Shown: piece after piece, positions 1 through 9,446 of the stretch
Layout: each line of letters opens with the position of its first letter
Numbering within the stretch: the stretch's first letter is position 1
Assembly (NCBI GenBank): GCA_040756235.1
Contig: JBFLZG010000087.1
Span: 32,001 to 96,000 of the forward strand
Length of the DNA stretch: 64,000 nucleotides
Source of the DNA: a bacterium
GTDB lineage: Bacteria > Desulfobacterota > DSWW01
Direction: 5' to 3'
The notes under the pieces: generated by a model
What the model was told of the DNA's origin: nothing
The model's database searches: none
Seen by the model: the letters and a program-made list of their open reading frames with translations, nothing else
Program-made: the position numbers and the translations under genes

Positions 1-179
1 CGATGGTCTTGCGCAATGCGAACGCCCGGGAGGCGGCTCCGGAGACTCTCGGCCTGAGCGAGGTTGCGGTCGACGAGGTAGAGGTTGTGGCAGATCTCGG
101 GCAGACGCCTCAGAATCGGCAGATAGTAGCGTTCTGTTACGGCCCCGCAGCCGACGAGCCCCAGGCGAATGTCTTTCAT
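1..179 (-). CDS. Gfo/Idh/MocA family NAD(P)-dependent oxidoreductase (5' part only, runs off window)
   Basis: Not in the ORF track. Manual reverse translation from ATG at 179 gives MKDIRLGLVGCGAVTERYYLPILRRLPEICHNLYLVDRNLAQAESL..., the typical Rossmann start (xGxxGxGxx) of this family. Confidence 0.8.
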   Translation of the reverse strand, partial: MKDIRLGLVGCGAVTERYYLPILRRLPEICHNLYLVDRNLAQAESLRSRLPGVRIAQDH

Positions 180-560
180 GGCGGATCCGGCAGCTCCATG
201 AGGATGGTAATTCGATTCTTGGACGCTTCACAGGGCGTGAGGTTTCGCCGCCTGGGCCTGATTCCCTCCAAATCCGGCTTTCGCTGTATCTAAGTAGATG
301 CCGGGATGAGTAGACCAAGGTATCCATTACGAATTGCCCTGGCCGGCAGCGACGTGGCGACCTGCTGCAAATTAACGGAAATTGCGAGGGCCGAAGGTCC
401 GTGGAAACCCTCCGGTTCCGGGGAGATCGCCACGCTCGGAACGGGCAGCCGTGGTCGGTGGACACGCCTTCGGCTTGGTCCACCCGACCGAGTGCTCGCG
501 CCGCTCGCTCGCGACAATTCACCATCTTGGCCCATCGGTTGCCACGCCTGGGGAGAGGGC

Positions 561-1715
561 ATGACCCGAATACGGATGGTCCACGTCCGGGACAGCAGTG
601 GCATCTATGGGGCGGAGAGAGTCATCCTCGGAACCTCGGTATGGCTCCGCAGCATGAACGTGGAACCCGCGATCGTATCGGTCCTGAGCGGTTCCCGTTC
701 AGGGATGCCTCTCATCGAGGAGTCCAGGCGCCTCGGGCTCAGGGCCGAGGCGCTGCCCGCGCGCCACACCCTGGATCTCAGGGCCATCGGCCGGCTGCGA
801 GGCATTCTGAAGGCCTGGCGCCCTCATGTCGTTCACGCCCACGATCTGCGCTCCGCCGTGTTCGGGCTGACGGCCTCGATCGGGCTGCCGCTGGCCACCG
901 TTGCCACGGCCCACGGCTCGACCTGCGAGAGCCTCCGCAAACGGGCCTATCTGACCGTATTCGAGCGGCACCTGCTGCCGCGTTTCGATCGCGTGCACGC
1001 GGTCAGCGCCTCCCTGGCCGGTCATCTCCGCGCCGCGGGAGTTCCTGCGGGAAAGATCCGGATCATCCCCAACGGCGTGGACGAGGCGGTCGTGGTGCGC
1101 CCTGCCGGCTCGAATCCGCTGGAACCGCTCAAGGGGAGCCCGACTCTGGGCGTGGTCGGCAGGCTGACCGTGGACAAGGGGCTCACGGTTCTCCTGCGGG
1201 CTCTCGCGTCCCTCAAGGGAGCGCTGCCCGGAATCCGGGTGCTGCTGGCCGGCTCGGGACCTCAGGAGGAGGCATTGCGCAGGGAGGCGCGGAGGTTGGA
1301 GATCGCCGATCGCGTGACGTTTTGCGGCCGCGTGAGCCCGGTCGCCTGGGTCTATCATGCGGCCGATCTCGTGGTGATCCCGTCGCTCCGGGAGGGGCTG
1401 CCCTGCGTGCTGCTGGAAGCCATGATGGCCGCCCGGCCGGTGGTGGCCACACGGGTCGGCGCCATCCCGCAGGTGCTGGCCCAAGGGGAGTTGGGCAGGC
1501 TGGTGCCCCCTTCCGATGCGGAGGCGCTGGCACGAGCGATTCTGGAGGCTTGCCGAGACGGGAGCGCCAGCCGGGAGATGGCCGAGAAGGCGCAGGCTGT
1601 CGCGCGCGGGGAGTACAGCGCCCGGATCATGTCCGCCAGGATCCGGGCGCTGTACGAAGAGCTTGCTCCTGCGAAGACCGCGGGAACAGAGCTCGAACGG
1701 GCTGTGGAATCATAG
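561..1715 (+). CDS. GT4 (GT-B) glycosyltransferase
   Basis: GAERV, HAHD, IPNGVD and PSLREGLPCVLLEAM (EX7E) motifs. Start moved to ATG 561, preceded by GGAGAGGG. Confidence 0.9.
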   Translation: MTRIRMVHVRDSSGIYGAERVILGTSVWLRSMNVEPAIVSVLSGSRSGMPLIEESRRLGLRAEALPARHTLDLRAIGRLRGILKAWRPHVVHAHDLRSAVFGLTASIGLPLATVATAHGSTCESLRKRAYLTVFERHLLPRFDRVHAVSASLAGHLRAAGVPAGKIRIIPNGVDEAVVVRPAGSNPLEPLKGSPTLGVVGRLTVDKGLTVLLRALASLKGALPGIRVLLAGSGPQEEALRREARRLEIADRVTFCGRVSPVAWVYHAADLVVIPSLREGLPCVLLEAMMAARPVVATRVGAIPQVLAQGELGRLVPPSDAEALARAILEACRDGSASREMAEKAQAVARGEYSARIMSARIRALYEELAPAKTAGTELERAVES

Positions 1716-1720
1716 GGTCC

Positions 1721-2170
1721 GTCATCCCGGGGGCAACGGGATTCCCGCGTACAAGGCGGAGTCATAACCCCGGTCAGACCCTCATCCGACCGCCCCTCCC
1801 GGAGGACTCCGCGGCGGCCACAGGGCAGACGCGGTACGCTCGTTTCCGTCATCCCGGCGGAGGAGGCTGTGTCGCAAGCCGATCAGAGCCTGCTCCTGTC
1901 TTTTCGTCACCCCGGCGAAGGAGGCTGTGTCATAAATCCGGTCAGACCTCGTGCGAGCACTCATTCCGGAGGACTCGGAGGCGCGGCCGCATGATTTCCG
2001 TCATTCCGGCGAAGGCCGGAATCCAGTCCCTGCGCCCAGTTACCACAGCTGGTCCTGGTGCACCCTTCTGGATCCCGGCTCCCACGCGCTCCGCACAGGG
2101 CCGGGATGACGAAAACGGGGCACAGCCTCGTAAGCGGGAAGGGCGACCCGGCGGGACTGCGACACGGCTG
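1721..2170. repeat. Intergenic cluster of nested palindromic repeats and repeat fragments between convergent genes
   Basis: GTCAYYCCGG half-sites at 1721, 1848, 1906 and 2000; GAGGCTGTGTC at 1863 and 1921; complementary GCACAGCCTC at 2120 and TGCGACACGGCT at 2158; degenerate direct repeat ~1761-1820 vs ~1929-1990. Confidence 0.75.
2000..2110. repeat. Repeat family A (GTCA...TGAC double-hairpin REP-like element), copy 1
   Basis: GTCATTCCGGCGAAGGCCGGAATCCAG...CCTTCTGGATCCCGGCTCCCACGCGCTCCGCACAGGGCCGGGATGAC; recurs at 51239 and 61784. Confidence 0.9.
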
Positions 2171-2173
2171 CTC

Positions 2174-4462
2174 TCACGGCTGCCCGCCTTTCCCGCCCGT
2201 CGAGAGCCCGCCGAGCAGCTCCTCCGCCTCCTTGGCCTCAGGGAACTTCGGGTTCAGCTCGAGCGCCTTCCGCAGGCTCGCGCGTGCCTCGTCCGCTTGG
2301 CCGAGGGATGCAAGGGAAACCCCCAGGTGGTAGTGAACGGTCGGGTTGTCGGGAACCTGGGCGAGAGCCTCCTCGAAGAGGTTCTTCGCCTTCTGATGGA
2401 ACCCCCTCTTCGCATAGACCCACCCCAGAGTGTCTGCGGCAAGAGGGCTGTCCGGCAGTCTGTCCCGGGCCTTCTCGGCCAGCAGGATGGCCTTCTCCGG
2501 ATTGTCCTTCTCCTCGACCCAGATCCAGGCGAGATTGTTCGCTGCCGGTCCGAAATCCGGATTCACCTTGAGCGCCTCCTCGTACCGCTCCATGGCCTCA
2601 TCGGTCCTGCCCATCGATTCCAGGATCATGCCGGTGAGCATGAGAATGGATGGGGTGCCCGGCCGGCTCTTGTCCAATGCCTCGTAGAGCTCCAGCGCCT
2701 TCTTCTGCGCCCCCTGTCGCACGTACACCTGGCTCAGGGCGATGTAGGAGTCCAGAACGTTCGGATCCTCTTCGATGGCCGTTTTCAGGTAGGCCTCCGC
2801 CTGGTCCAGGTCGTTTCCGACCAGGGAGATCTTGCCGAGCAGGTTGTGAAAGAGCGCCTTGTGCTCCATCTTCGGCAGGTGTTCCTCTATCCATTTGCGG
2901 GCGGCCTCGGGCCCTTGACGGGCGAGCTCGATTTCCGCGATCCGGATCACGGCTTCCTGGGAGGTCGGGTCCAGCACGAGGGTTTGCCGGAAGGCCTCTT
3001 TCGCCTCGTCCGGCCTGCCCATGCCGAGGAGCACTCTTCCCAGCTCGAGGGGCAGGTTCTTCTCGGCGGGATGTTCCTTTCTCAGCCCCTCGAGAAACGC
3101 TATCGCCTCATCGAATCGATTCTGCCTGCGCAGCGACTCCGCGTGCACGAGGACCGCGGGTCCGTCATACGCTTCCCCGGACAGCAGGGGGCGGACCACC
3201 TCGTCAGCGAGCTCCGGCTGTCCGGCCTTGAGATAGACCTCTCCCAGGGCGCGCCGGCTCTGGGCCAGCCCGGGGTCCAGCTCGAGGGCCTTCTTCAGAC
3301 TCTGGACGGCGAGGTTCCCCTGGCCCGCCGTCGCGTAGCACAGACCCAGGAAGTGATGGCCGATGGCCAGCCCGGGCGCCCTCTGGATCGCCTCCTCGAA
3401 CCGCTTCTGAGCCTTGGCGAATTCCTGTTTCCCGAATTCGATGCGGCCCTGGAGGACGAGTCCTTCCGGATGACCGGGGTCTTCCTGCAGGATGTCGCGG
3501 GTGATCTTCTCGGCCGACTCGGTGCGGTTTCCGTTCAGGTAGAAATCCGCAAGGACCACCCGGTTCAGGACGCTCCGGGGCTCATGCGCGACCGCGGCCT
3601 CCAACTCCTTCCCCGCCTCCTCCCGGCTTCCCCGTGCCAGGTAGATGCGGCCGAGCAAGAGATGGAAATCCCCGTTCTTCGGATCGGCCTCCAGACCCTG
3701 CATGCAGGTTTCCGCAGCCTCCGAGAGCATGCGCTGCTCGAAATAGACCTGCGCAAGGGTCAGCCGCTTGCCGAGGTTGCTCGGCGATCGTTCGGAGGCC
3801 GCCTTGGCCAAGGCGAGAATCTTGTCCCTTCTGCCCTGCTTGGCGTACAAGTTCAGCAAGGCCTGTTCGGCTTCCAGGGAATCCGGAAATCGATCCATGA
3901 GCTTTGCATACGCTGCTTCCGCCTCATCCAGGGAGCCTTTCAGCTCCAGAAGCTTGGCCCTGGCGAACTGCGGGAGCATCTCTCTGGGCGCGATCTCCAG
4001 GGCTTTCTGGAAAGCCGCCTCCGCGTCGGTGTGGTTCTTTTCCAGAAGATGGGCGTTGCCCAGCATGACCCAGGCGTTCCAGTCCGCGCTGTCCTTCTCG
4101 ATGAGGCGCCTGGCGGTCTCGCTGGCCTCTTCCGACTTCCTGAACAGGAGGTAGAGGTTGCCGATCTGGATCTGGGCGTCGCGGATATCGGGATCCAGAT
4201 GCACGGCCTGGGAGAGGGCTCGATAGGCCTCCTGGACTTTGCCGAGCCTCATGTAGCTCAGCCCGAGCCTGTAGTGGCCCATCGCGCTCTCCGGATCGAG
4301 CTGGACCACGTTTCTGAACTCGATCACGGCTTCGGCGTATTTGCCCTGGTTGAAGTACTCCTGGCCGCTGATCAGGAACTTCTCCTTCTTTTTGGACTTG
4401 TCTCCGGTGCAACCGCAAAAGGCGATCCAGAAGCACAAGAGAATCGAGAGCATTCGGCGCAT
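2174..4462 (-). CDS. TPR-repeat lipoprotein (PrsT-like, PEP-CTERM/exosortase-associated)
   Basis: Signal peptide with lipobox-like FCGC, TPR repeats throughout, AANNLAW...DTLGWVY C-terminal motif; RBS GGAGAGG before ATG 4462; sits in the exosortase locus. Confidence 0.85.
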   Translation of the reverse strand: MRRMLSILLCFWIAFCGCTGDKSKKKEKFLISGQEYFNQGKYAEAVIEFRNVVQLDPESAMGHYRLGLSYMRLGKVQEAYRALSQAVHLDPDIRDAQIQIGNLYLLFRKSEEASETARRLIEKDSADWNAWVMLGNAHLLEKNHTDAEAAFQKALEIAPREMLPQFARAKLLELKGSLDEAEAAYAKLMDRFPDSLEAEQALLNLYAKQGRRDKILALAKAASERSPSNLGKRLTLAQVYFEQRMLSEAAETCMQGLEADPKNGDFHLLLGRIYLARGSREEAGKELEAAVAHEPRSVLNRVVLADFYLNGNRTESAEKITRDILQEDPGHPEGLVLQGRIEFGKQEFAKAQKRFEEAIQRAPGLAIGHHFLGLCYATAGQGNLAVQSLKKALELDPGLAQSRRALGEVYLKAGQPELADEVVRPLLSGEAYDGPAVLVHAESLRRQNRFDEAIAFLEGLRKEHPAEKNLPLELGRVLLGMGRPDEAKEAFRQTLVLDPTSQEAVIRIAEIELARQGPEAARKWIEEHLPKMEHKALFHNLLGKISLVGNDLDQAEAYLKTAIEEDPNVLDSYIALSQVYVRQGAQKKALELYEALDKSRPGTPSILMLTGMILESMGRTDEAMERYEEALKVNPDFGPAANNLAWIWVEEKDNPEKAILLAEKARDRLPDSPLAADTLGWVYAKRGFHQKAKNLFEEALAQVPDNPTVHYHLGVSLASLGQADEARASLRKALELNPKFPEAKEAEELLGGLSTGGKGGQP

Positions 4463-4702
4463 GGAGCATCCCTCTCCTTCGCAGCTGGTTGGTCGGTTAC
4501 CTGCCCGCAAGGCAGGGCTCATCGTAACATCGGGCTGGAAACAAGCCAACGGATCGAACGCGGTCCGGTGCGGTCCGGGGAGCGGGAGCCACAGCCCTGC
4601 CGTCCGGAAGACTGCGGGCGGTGGTCACGAGAAAGCCGCTCGCGGTCTTCCGGGAGCCGCGCCGTCGGCAGCGCTCTTCCCCGTCCATGGCACGTCTCGG
4701 CT

Positions 4703-5401
4703 TCAACAGGCGTGATCCTCGACATGCGGGATGGTCCTGCGAAAGAGGATTCCCAAGATTCTGTCGGTCTTGACCAGGCAGCGGATCTTCCAGCCACTCC
4801 GGAGCGCCGCTTTTCTCTGTGAGACATTGGACTTTGCGGCCGAGGTCACGAGTGCTTTCATCCCGAGAGCCCGTGCTTTCAGCACAACCGCATTGTACAG
4901 AGCGCTCAATATCCTGTTCCCCCTGAATTCCTTGGCCACCGCTCCACGGTAGGTGAAGCCCGTCCGGCTCCCCAGGTCGATCCACTTGTCTCGAGTCACC
5001 AGTCTGAACTCAAACCCTGGGAAATACGTCGGCCGGGTCGTGAGCCAAATCGTGCCGATGACCTCTTGACCGTGCATGGCGACAAACCCGTGCTCTCCGT
5101 TGCGCAGCCTGCACTCGACGTTTCCCGGGGTCAGATCAGCGGCCAGGGCGGACAGATCCGCCGGAGCCTTCAGCTCTTCGACTTCAACCTGCAGGCTGGA
5201 ACCGATCCGGGGATCGTAGGTCATCTCGAGAGGTTGGAGCTCATAGAGATAGCCTTCGTTCGTGAGGTAAACCAGCTCCTTCAGAAAAACCAGCACCCGA
5301 ATGCCGAGCCTTGGCCAGCCTTCGTCCTTGACGACGCGGCGAAGCCTGTTCCATTTCTCGCGCCGGTAATGGGAGACGGCCGCCGCCTCGTTCATCGTCA
5401 C
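4703..5401 (-). CDS. GNAT-fold acyltransferase (paralogue of 10929..11600)
   Basis: VAKEFRGNRI acyl-CoA-binding motif A-like segment and C-terminal NxxxxKxxxRxGW; alternative ATG at 5395. Confidence 0.7.
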   Translation of the reverse strand: MTMNEAAAVSHYRREKWNRLRRVVKDEGWPRLGIRVLVFLKELVYLTNEGYLYELQPLEMTYDPRIGSSLQVEVEELKAPADLSALAADLTPGNVECRLRNGEHGFVAMHGQEVIGTIWLTTRPTYFPGFEFRLVTRDKWIDLGSRTGFTYRGAVAKEFRGNRILSALYNAVVLKARALGMKALVTSAAKSNVSQRKAALRSGWKIRCLVKTDRILGILFRRTIPHVEDHAC

Positions 5402-5408
5402 CCGCCTC

Positions 5409-7721
5409 TCAGGGGTTTCGCTCGCAAGCCGGGGCCGGTGGCATCACACCCTTCCAGACTCCCCCGCCGAAGGTCGTGACGTACAGCACTCTCCGGTCCA
5501 GCGGTTCTACCGTCACGCGCTGCGTGCAAACAAACGGCAGACCCCGGATGCTGTGCCATGTGGCTCCGGCATCGACGCTCCGGTACACCCCTCCGTGGAA
5601 CGTCCCCGCGTAGAGAGTCCCCGGATGCTTCGGGTCGAGCGTGACCCCCCAGGACCAGGGTTCGTTCAACAACCGTCTCCAGCTCTTGCCGCCGTCCTTC
5701 GACTGAAAGACCCCTCCGCCCCTGGATTCCGGCCAGGGGACAGAGGTCCCGTAAGCCTCGAAGCCGGCAGGCGGCACGTCGAAACAGGCAACGTAGACGG
5801 TATCTGAATCTCGCGGGTCCATCTGGATATCGAACACGAAGTCCAGCGACACCGAGACGTCCAGTCGCTCCCAGCTCTCGGCCCCATCCCGAGAGCGGAA
5901 GATGCCTCCGCCAACCGGAACCCCGGCATGATAGGCGAGGGTCTTGGCACACAGAAGAGTCCCGTCTTCGTGAAGGCCAAGCCGCCAGACGTTCAGGTTG
6001 TCATCCGCTCCCAGCCCGCTGTTCTTGGCAGCCCAGTGCTTTCCGCCATCGACTGACTTGTACACCCCCCCAGGCAGGAATCCGGCATACAGCGTTCGGG
6101 AATCCTTCGGGCTGGCCGGGTCGAGCACAACGGCGGTTGCCGGCGCCTGCGGCAGGTCGGTGCTCCCCGTGGCGCTCCAGCTCTCAGCGTGGTCCGTGGA
6201 CATCGCGATCCCTCCCCCGAGTCGGGACAGATCCTCGGCTCCCCGCTTCAGCATCTTCCAGTGAGGGAGATCGTGGGCCCCCGCCCAGGCACCGAACAGG
6301 AGCCCCGGGCGCGCGGGGTCAAAGGCCAGTGCATAGCAGGTGTTGGACCAGGGGGAGCCCCGGCCTGCCCAGGCCCAACTCTCTCCCCCGTCCGGACTCC
6401 TGATCAGGCCGAAGTCCGTACAGGTGACGTACCTGCGACTCGAGTCATGAGGGTCGACGAGGTACGCGTACGCGGTCGAGACCTCGAGCCCGCGACTGCG
6501 CCAGAGGTCAGACTGCGGATGAGCGACGCGTCGAGTATGCACGGGGAACCAGCTTCGCCCCCCGTCCTCGCTTCGATAAGCACGCCCCGAGTCCGAGAAC
6601 ATCACCTGCCTGGGATCCTTCGGGTTGCATCCCAAGCCGAGCACGCTGCCGCCCCAACCCGGACGGAGCGACAGGGCGATCCAGTCCGGCGCAAGGTTGG
6701 CCGGCTTCCATCTGTCTCTGCCGGACAGAGCCGGCTCCCAGGACCGGCCCCCGTTTTCGGTACGCCACAGATTCGAGCCGCTCTTGCCTCCTCTGGGGAG
6801 ACTGCAACTGACGAAAGCCCGGTCGCCATTCCCGGGCGACATCGCCAGCAGCTCGTACTGAGGAAGGCCCTCCCCGGCAGGACGCAGCTCGAGCCCGCGG
6901 TTGGCAGGGTCCCAGGATTCGCCGGCGTCCTCGGAGCTGTAGACGCCGCCTTGCGACCGGCCGTCGGTGCGAACGGTCGGAAGCGTAATCAGAAGGGTCT
7001 GGCGTCGATTGCGCTCGTCCCAGGCAACGGCCACGTCCCGTGGGCGCCCCGGCAGGCTCCGGCTGATGGCCTTCCAGGTCGAGCCGTCGTCGTCGCTGCG
7101 GTAGAGCCCGTCTTGCGCAAGGACGAACACCCGGCGGGGTCCGCTCGAAGGCGAGGGATCGAAGACGATCTTCCGGACGGCCCTATTGCGGTAAGGCCAA
7201 CCCGGATGCAGCCGCCAAGATACGCCGCCGTTCTCGGACTTTACCAGGGCGCGGCGCTCTTCAGCGAGAAAACCGTCGAAGTGCGCCCAGATCACTTCGG
7301 GCCTGAGCGGATCCACCGCAATAGCCAGGGCGGCATCCGGCGCCGCCGGGTGGCACGCTCCGATCAAATGCTCCCAGGTCCTGCCGCCGTCTCGGGACCG
7401 CTTCACCCCTCCCCGGGTGGCGGCAAAGAGGGTTTCCCGGCTCTCGGGGTGGAACGCGATGGGAGCATTCAACTTGCGGATCTCGCGGCCGTCGATCATG
7501 CTCCAGGTCTGCGCGCCGTCTTCGCTCCGGTACACGCCGCCCATGTCACAAGCCGCGAAGACAAGCTTTTCATCATGGGGGGAGATGGACGGGTAATAGA
7601 TGCCTCCCCCCCCGCCTATTCCGACCGGCTGCCAGCTTACTTCCATCGACGCGCGGCAGGGATCGAGGCGTACGACCGACAGGAGGACCCCGACCAGGGC
7701 CAGGACGGCTCTCCGACTCAA
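5409..7721 (-). CDS. Secreted Asp-box/BNR beta-propeller protein, GH74-like glycoside hydrolase
   Basis: Many SxDGGxTW Asp-boxes, N-terminal WQPVGIGGGG, DMGG and DFG motifs. TTG 7721 with GGAG upstream gives signal peptide MSRRAVLALVGVLL; ORF is open to 7787. Confidence 0.8.
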   Translation of the reverse strand: MSRRAVLALVGVLLSVVRLDPCRASMEVSWQPVGIGGGGGIYYPSISPHDEKLVFAACDMGGVYRSEDGAQTWSMIDGREIRKLNAPIAFHPESRETLFAATRGGVKRSRDGGRTWEHLIGACHPAAPDAALAIAVDPLRPEVIWAHFDGFLAEERRALVKSENGGVSWRLHPGWPYRNRAVRKIVFDPSPSSGPRRVFVLAQDGLYRSDDDGSTWKAISRSLPGRPRDVAVAWDERNRRQTLLITLPTVRTDGRSQGGVYSSEDAGESWDPANRGLELRPAGEGLPQYELLAMSPGNGDRAFVSCSLPRGGKSGSNLWRTENGGRSWEPALSGRDRWKPANLAPDWIALSLRPGWGGSVLGLGCNPKDPRQVMFSDSGRAYRSEDGGRSWFPVHTRRVAHPQSDLWRSRGLEVSTAYAYLVDPHDSSRRYVTCTDFGLIRSPDGGESWAWAGRGSPWSNTCYALAFDPARPGLLFGAWAGAHDLPHWKMLKRGAEDLSRLGGGIAMSTDHAESWSATGSTDLPQAPATAVVLDPASPKDSRTLYAGFLPGGVYKSVDGGKHWAAKNSGLGADDNLNVWRLGLHEDGTLLCAKTLAYHAGVPVGGGIFRSRDGAESWERLDVSVSLDFVFDIQMDPRDSDTVYVACFDVPPAGFEAYGTSVPWPESRGGGVFQSKDGGKSWRRLLNEPWSWGVTLDPKHPGTLYAGTFHGGVYRSVDAGATWHSIRGLPFVCTQRVTVEPLDRRVLYVTTFGGGVWKGVMPPAPACERNP

Positions 7722-7861
7722 CCCGAGGCTCTCCCGTCCGACCTCACGATGGTTGGTCGCTCTCGACCGGCTTGCGGGCGAAGACAAGATCAGGAAGGAT
7801 TCCGTTCAGCCATGTCAGGCGGCATGCAGCACGTTGGAGGAGGCCATCTGCGGAGCAACCG

Positions 7862-7889
7862 GCAGGGGCGAAAAATCTTTCGCCCCTGC
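7862..7889. repeat. Repeat family C (GYAG-type short REP hairpin), copy 1
   Basis: GCAGGGGCGAAAAATCTTTCGCCCCTGC; similar copies at 42370 and 45931. Confidence 0.8.
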
Positions 7890-7961
7890 TGCCCCTACAA
7901 TGGCCCGTTGTTCAAACGGCTCCGTGCGCCGTGCTCCGCGCCCGGACGTCGATTCGCTCTG

Positions 7962-9359
7962 CTATGGAACGGTTGTGGACAAACCCGTAGGGGGTTGCGG
8001 CGGGACTGTGTCCGCCCCGGAGCCGAAGGTGAACCCGCCTATGGTGCCGCCGTATCTGCCTTTTCCACGCAGCGGTGAATTGTCAGGGAGGGTCGCAAAA
8101 TAATTCGAGTCGACGGTGATCTGATTGGCCGTGATCACGGAATGCTGCTGCCAGTTCGCGGTGGCGCGGTTCTGATTCTGGAACCGGTCTCTGATTGCGG
8201 TCGACGGAAAAGCGTTGTAGTCCACCCAGGTCCAGTAGCCCGTGCTGTCTCCTGCGTAGCGCCATTCACTGGGGACATCCACATAGAAGCAGTTGTCGTA
8301 GACCTCGCCCCAGGGTTGCGCGCTCGGATGATCGTTGGACTCTGCTGAAAATCCAAATGATTCCCCTGCGGTCGAGTGCGCGTAAGCCACGCGGGAGTAA
8401 CCGTTGTCGATCACGATGTTGCTGTGCCACTTGGCCTGGAAGGCTTCCCCCCAGTAATAGCCGAGCCCGTCGCAATTGTACACCAGATTGTGGTGAACCT
8501 GATACCCGGTCACGTTGTCGTCACCCTGGCCCCAGGCTCCCAGAGCAAAGGCATTGGAATTGTAGAAACGGTTGTAAGCGATTTCCAGACCATGAGCCGA
8601 ATCCTTGCAGTAGACGATGAACCTTTGAGAGGTCGCGCCGTTGAAGTTGTAGAACCGGTTGAACAGAATTCGCGTATAGCCGCCACTCAAGTTGCTTTCA
8701 AACATGCACAATGCGTAGCATCGTCCGTTGCCGTTCAGGTGATCCCCCCGGCTGTCGTGAAAGCTGTTGTTCCTGATGACGACATTGGAAGCATACGGGG
8801 ACTCGGCAGGAAACACGATCATGGCGGGATTGCCATCCTGCTGCCCGGCGGTACCGTAGGAGAACTCACAGTTCTGAATCACCACGTTGGGGCTGTAAAC
8901 GCTGATCCCCCCCTGGAAAGTGAGCCCGTCGATCACCTGATAGGCATACAGGGTCATGGAGAAATCATCCAGACCCTCGAAGACGGGCGTTTCTCCCGGA
9001 TAGTTCTTCATTACGATGCGGTCGGTCGCTCTCCCGCTGGTGGTGAGCCGGTTCAGCGAGCACCAGCTCCGATCGTTCCGTATGCCTGTGTACCTCCCGC
9101 CCCGGAAGAGAACGAGGTCACCCGCCTGAATCACGCCGGCTCCGCCTCTGAGGTCGAACCACGGCCTCTGCAGACTCCCGTCCCCGGTAGAGTTGCTGCC
9201 GGTCGGCGAACAATAATAGGTCCGGTTCGGCGTGCCGTCGGCAAAGTAGGTGGTGTAGTCCGGGGCGTTCTCGTAGAGTGGAAACCGGTCCGAGGCGGCC
9301 AAAACCCCGGACGGCGCCATGCAGATCATCAAGAGGACCAGCAGCAGTCCGATCTTCAT
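7962..9359 (-). CDS. Secreted right-handed parallel beta-helix protein (polysaccharide lyase/pectin-lyase-like fold)
   Basis: Signal peptide MKIGLLLVLL...; YCSPTGSNSTGDGSLQRPW and GDLVLFRGGRY N-terminal motifs; repeated IxNNxF / IxYNxFYN rungs. Strong RBS GAGGAGG before ATG 9359. Confidence 0.8.
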   Translation of the reverse strand: MKIGLLLVLLMICMAPSGVLAASDRFPLYENAPDYTTYFADGTPNRTYYCSPTGSNSTGDGSLQRPWFDLRGGAGVIQAGDLVLFRGGRYTGIRNDRSWCSLNRLTTSGRATDRIVMKNYPGETPVFEGLDDFSMTLYAYQVIDGLTFQGGISVYSPNVVIQNCEFSYGTAGQQDGNPAMIVFPAESPYASNVVIRNNSFHDSRGDHLNGNGRCYALCMFESNLSGGYTRILFNRFYNFNGATSQRFIVYCKDSAHGLEIAYNRFYNSNAFALGAWGQGDDNVTGYQVHHNLVYNCDGLGYYWGEAFQAKWHSNIVIDNGYSRVAYAHSTAGESFGFSAESNDHPSAQPWGEVYDNCFYVDVPSEWRYAGDSTGYWTWVDYNAFPSTAIRDRFQNQNRATANWQQHSVITANQITVDSNYFATLPDNSPLRGKGRYGGTIGGFTFGSGADTVPPQPPTGLSTTVP

Positions 9360-9446
9360 GGTCTCGATCCTCCTCGCAAATGCCCCACGGGTGCGTGGCA
9401 GCTTCAGAAAAGAGATTCCGTCATTCCATCCATCACCGAAATCTTT

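Noticed and set aside
3..293. 96 aa plus-strand ORF
   Set aside because: The minus strand encodes a clear Gfo/Idh/MocA N-terminus over the same bases.
1721..2170. Possible CRISPR array
   Set aside because: Repeat units are degenerate and irregularly spaced, the intervening segments resemble each other, and no cas genes are present.
4534..4549. Possible sigma-54 promoter before the TPR gene
   Set aside because: Minus-strand TTGGCTTGTTTCCAGC keeps GG-N10-GC spacing but matches the rest of the consensus poorly.
401..4822. 1473 aa plus-strand ORF
   Set aside because: Overlaps the GT4 gene in another frame and is antisense to the TPR gene; no motifs except VIPAKAGIQ, which is just the translated family A repeat. 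Typical shadow ORF in high-GC DNA.
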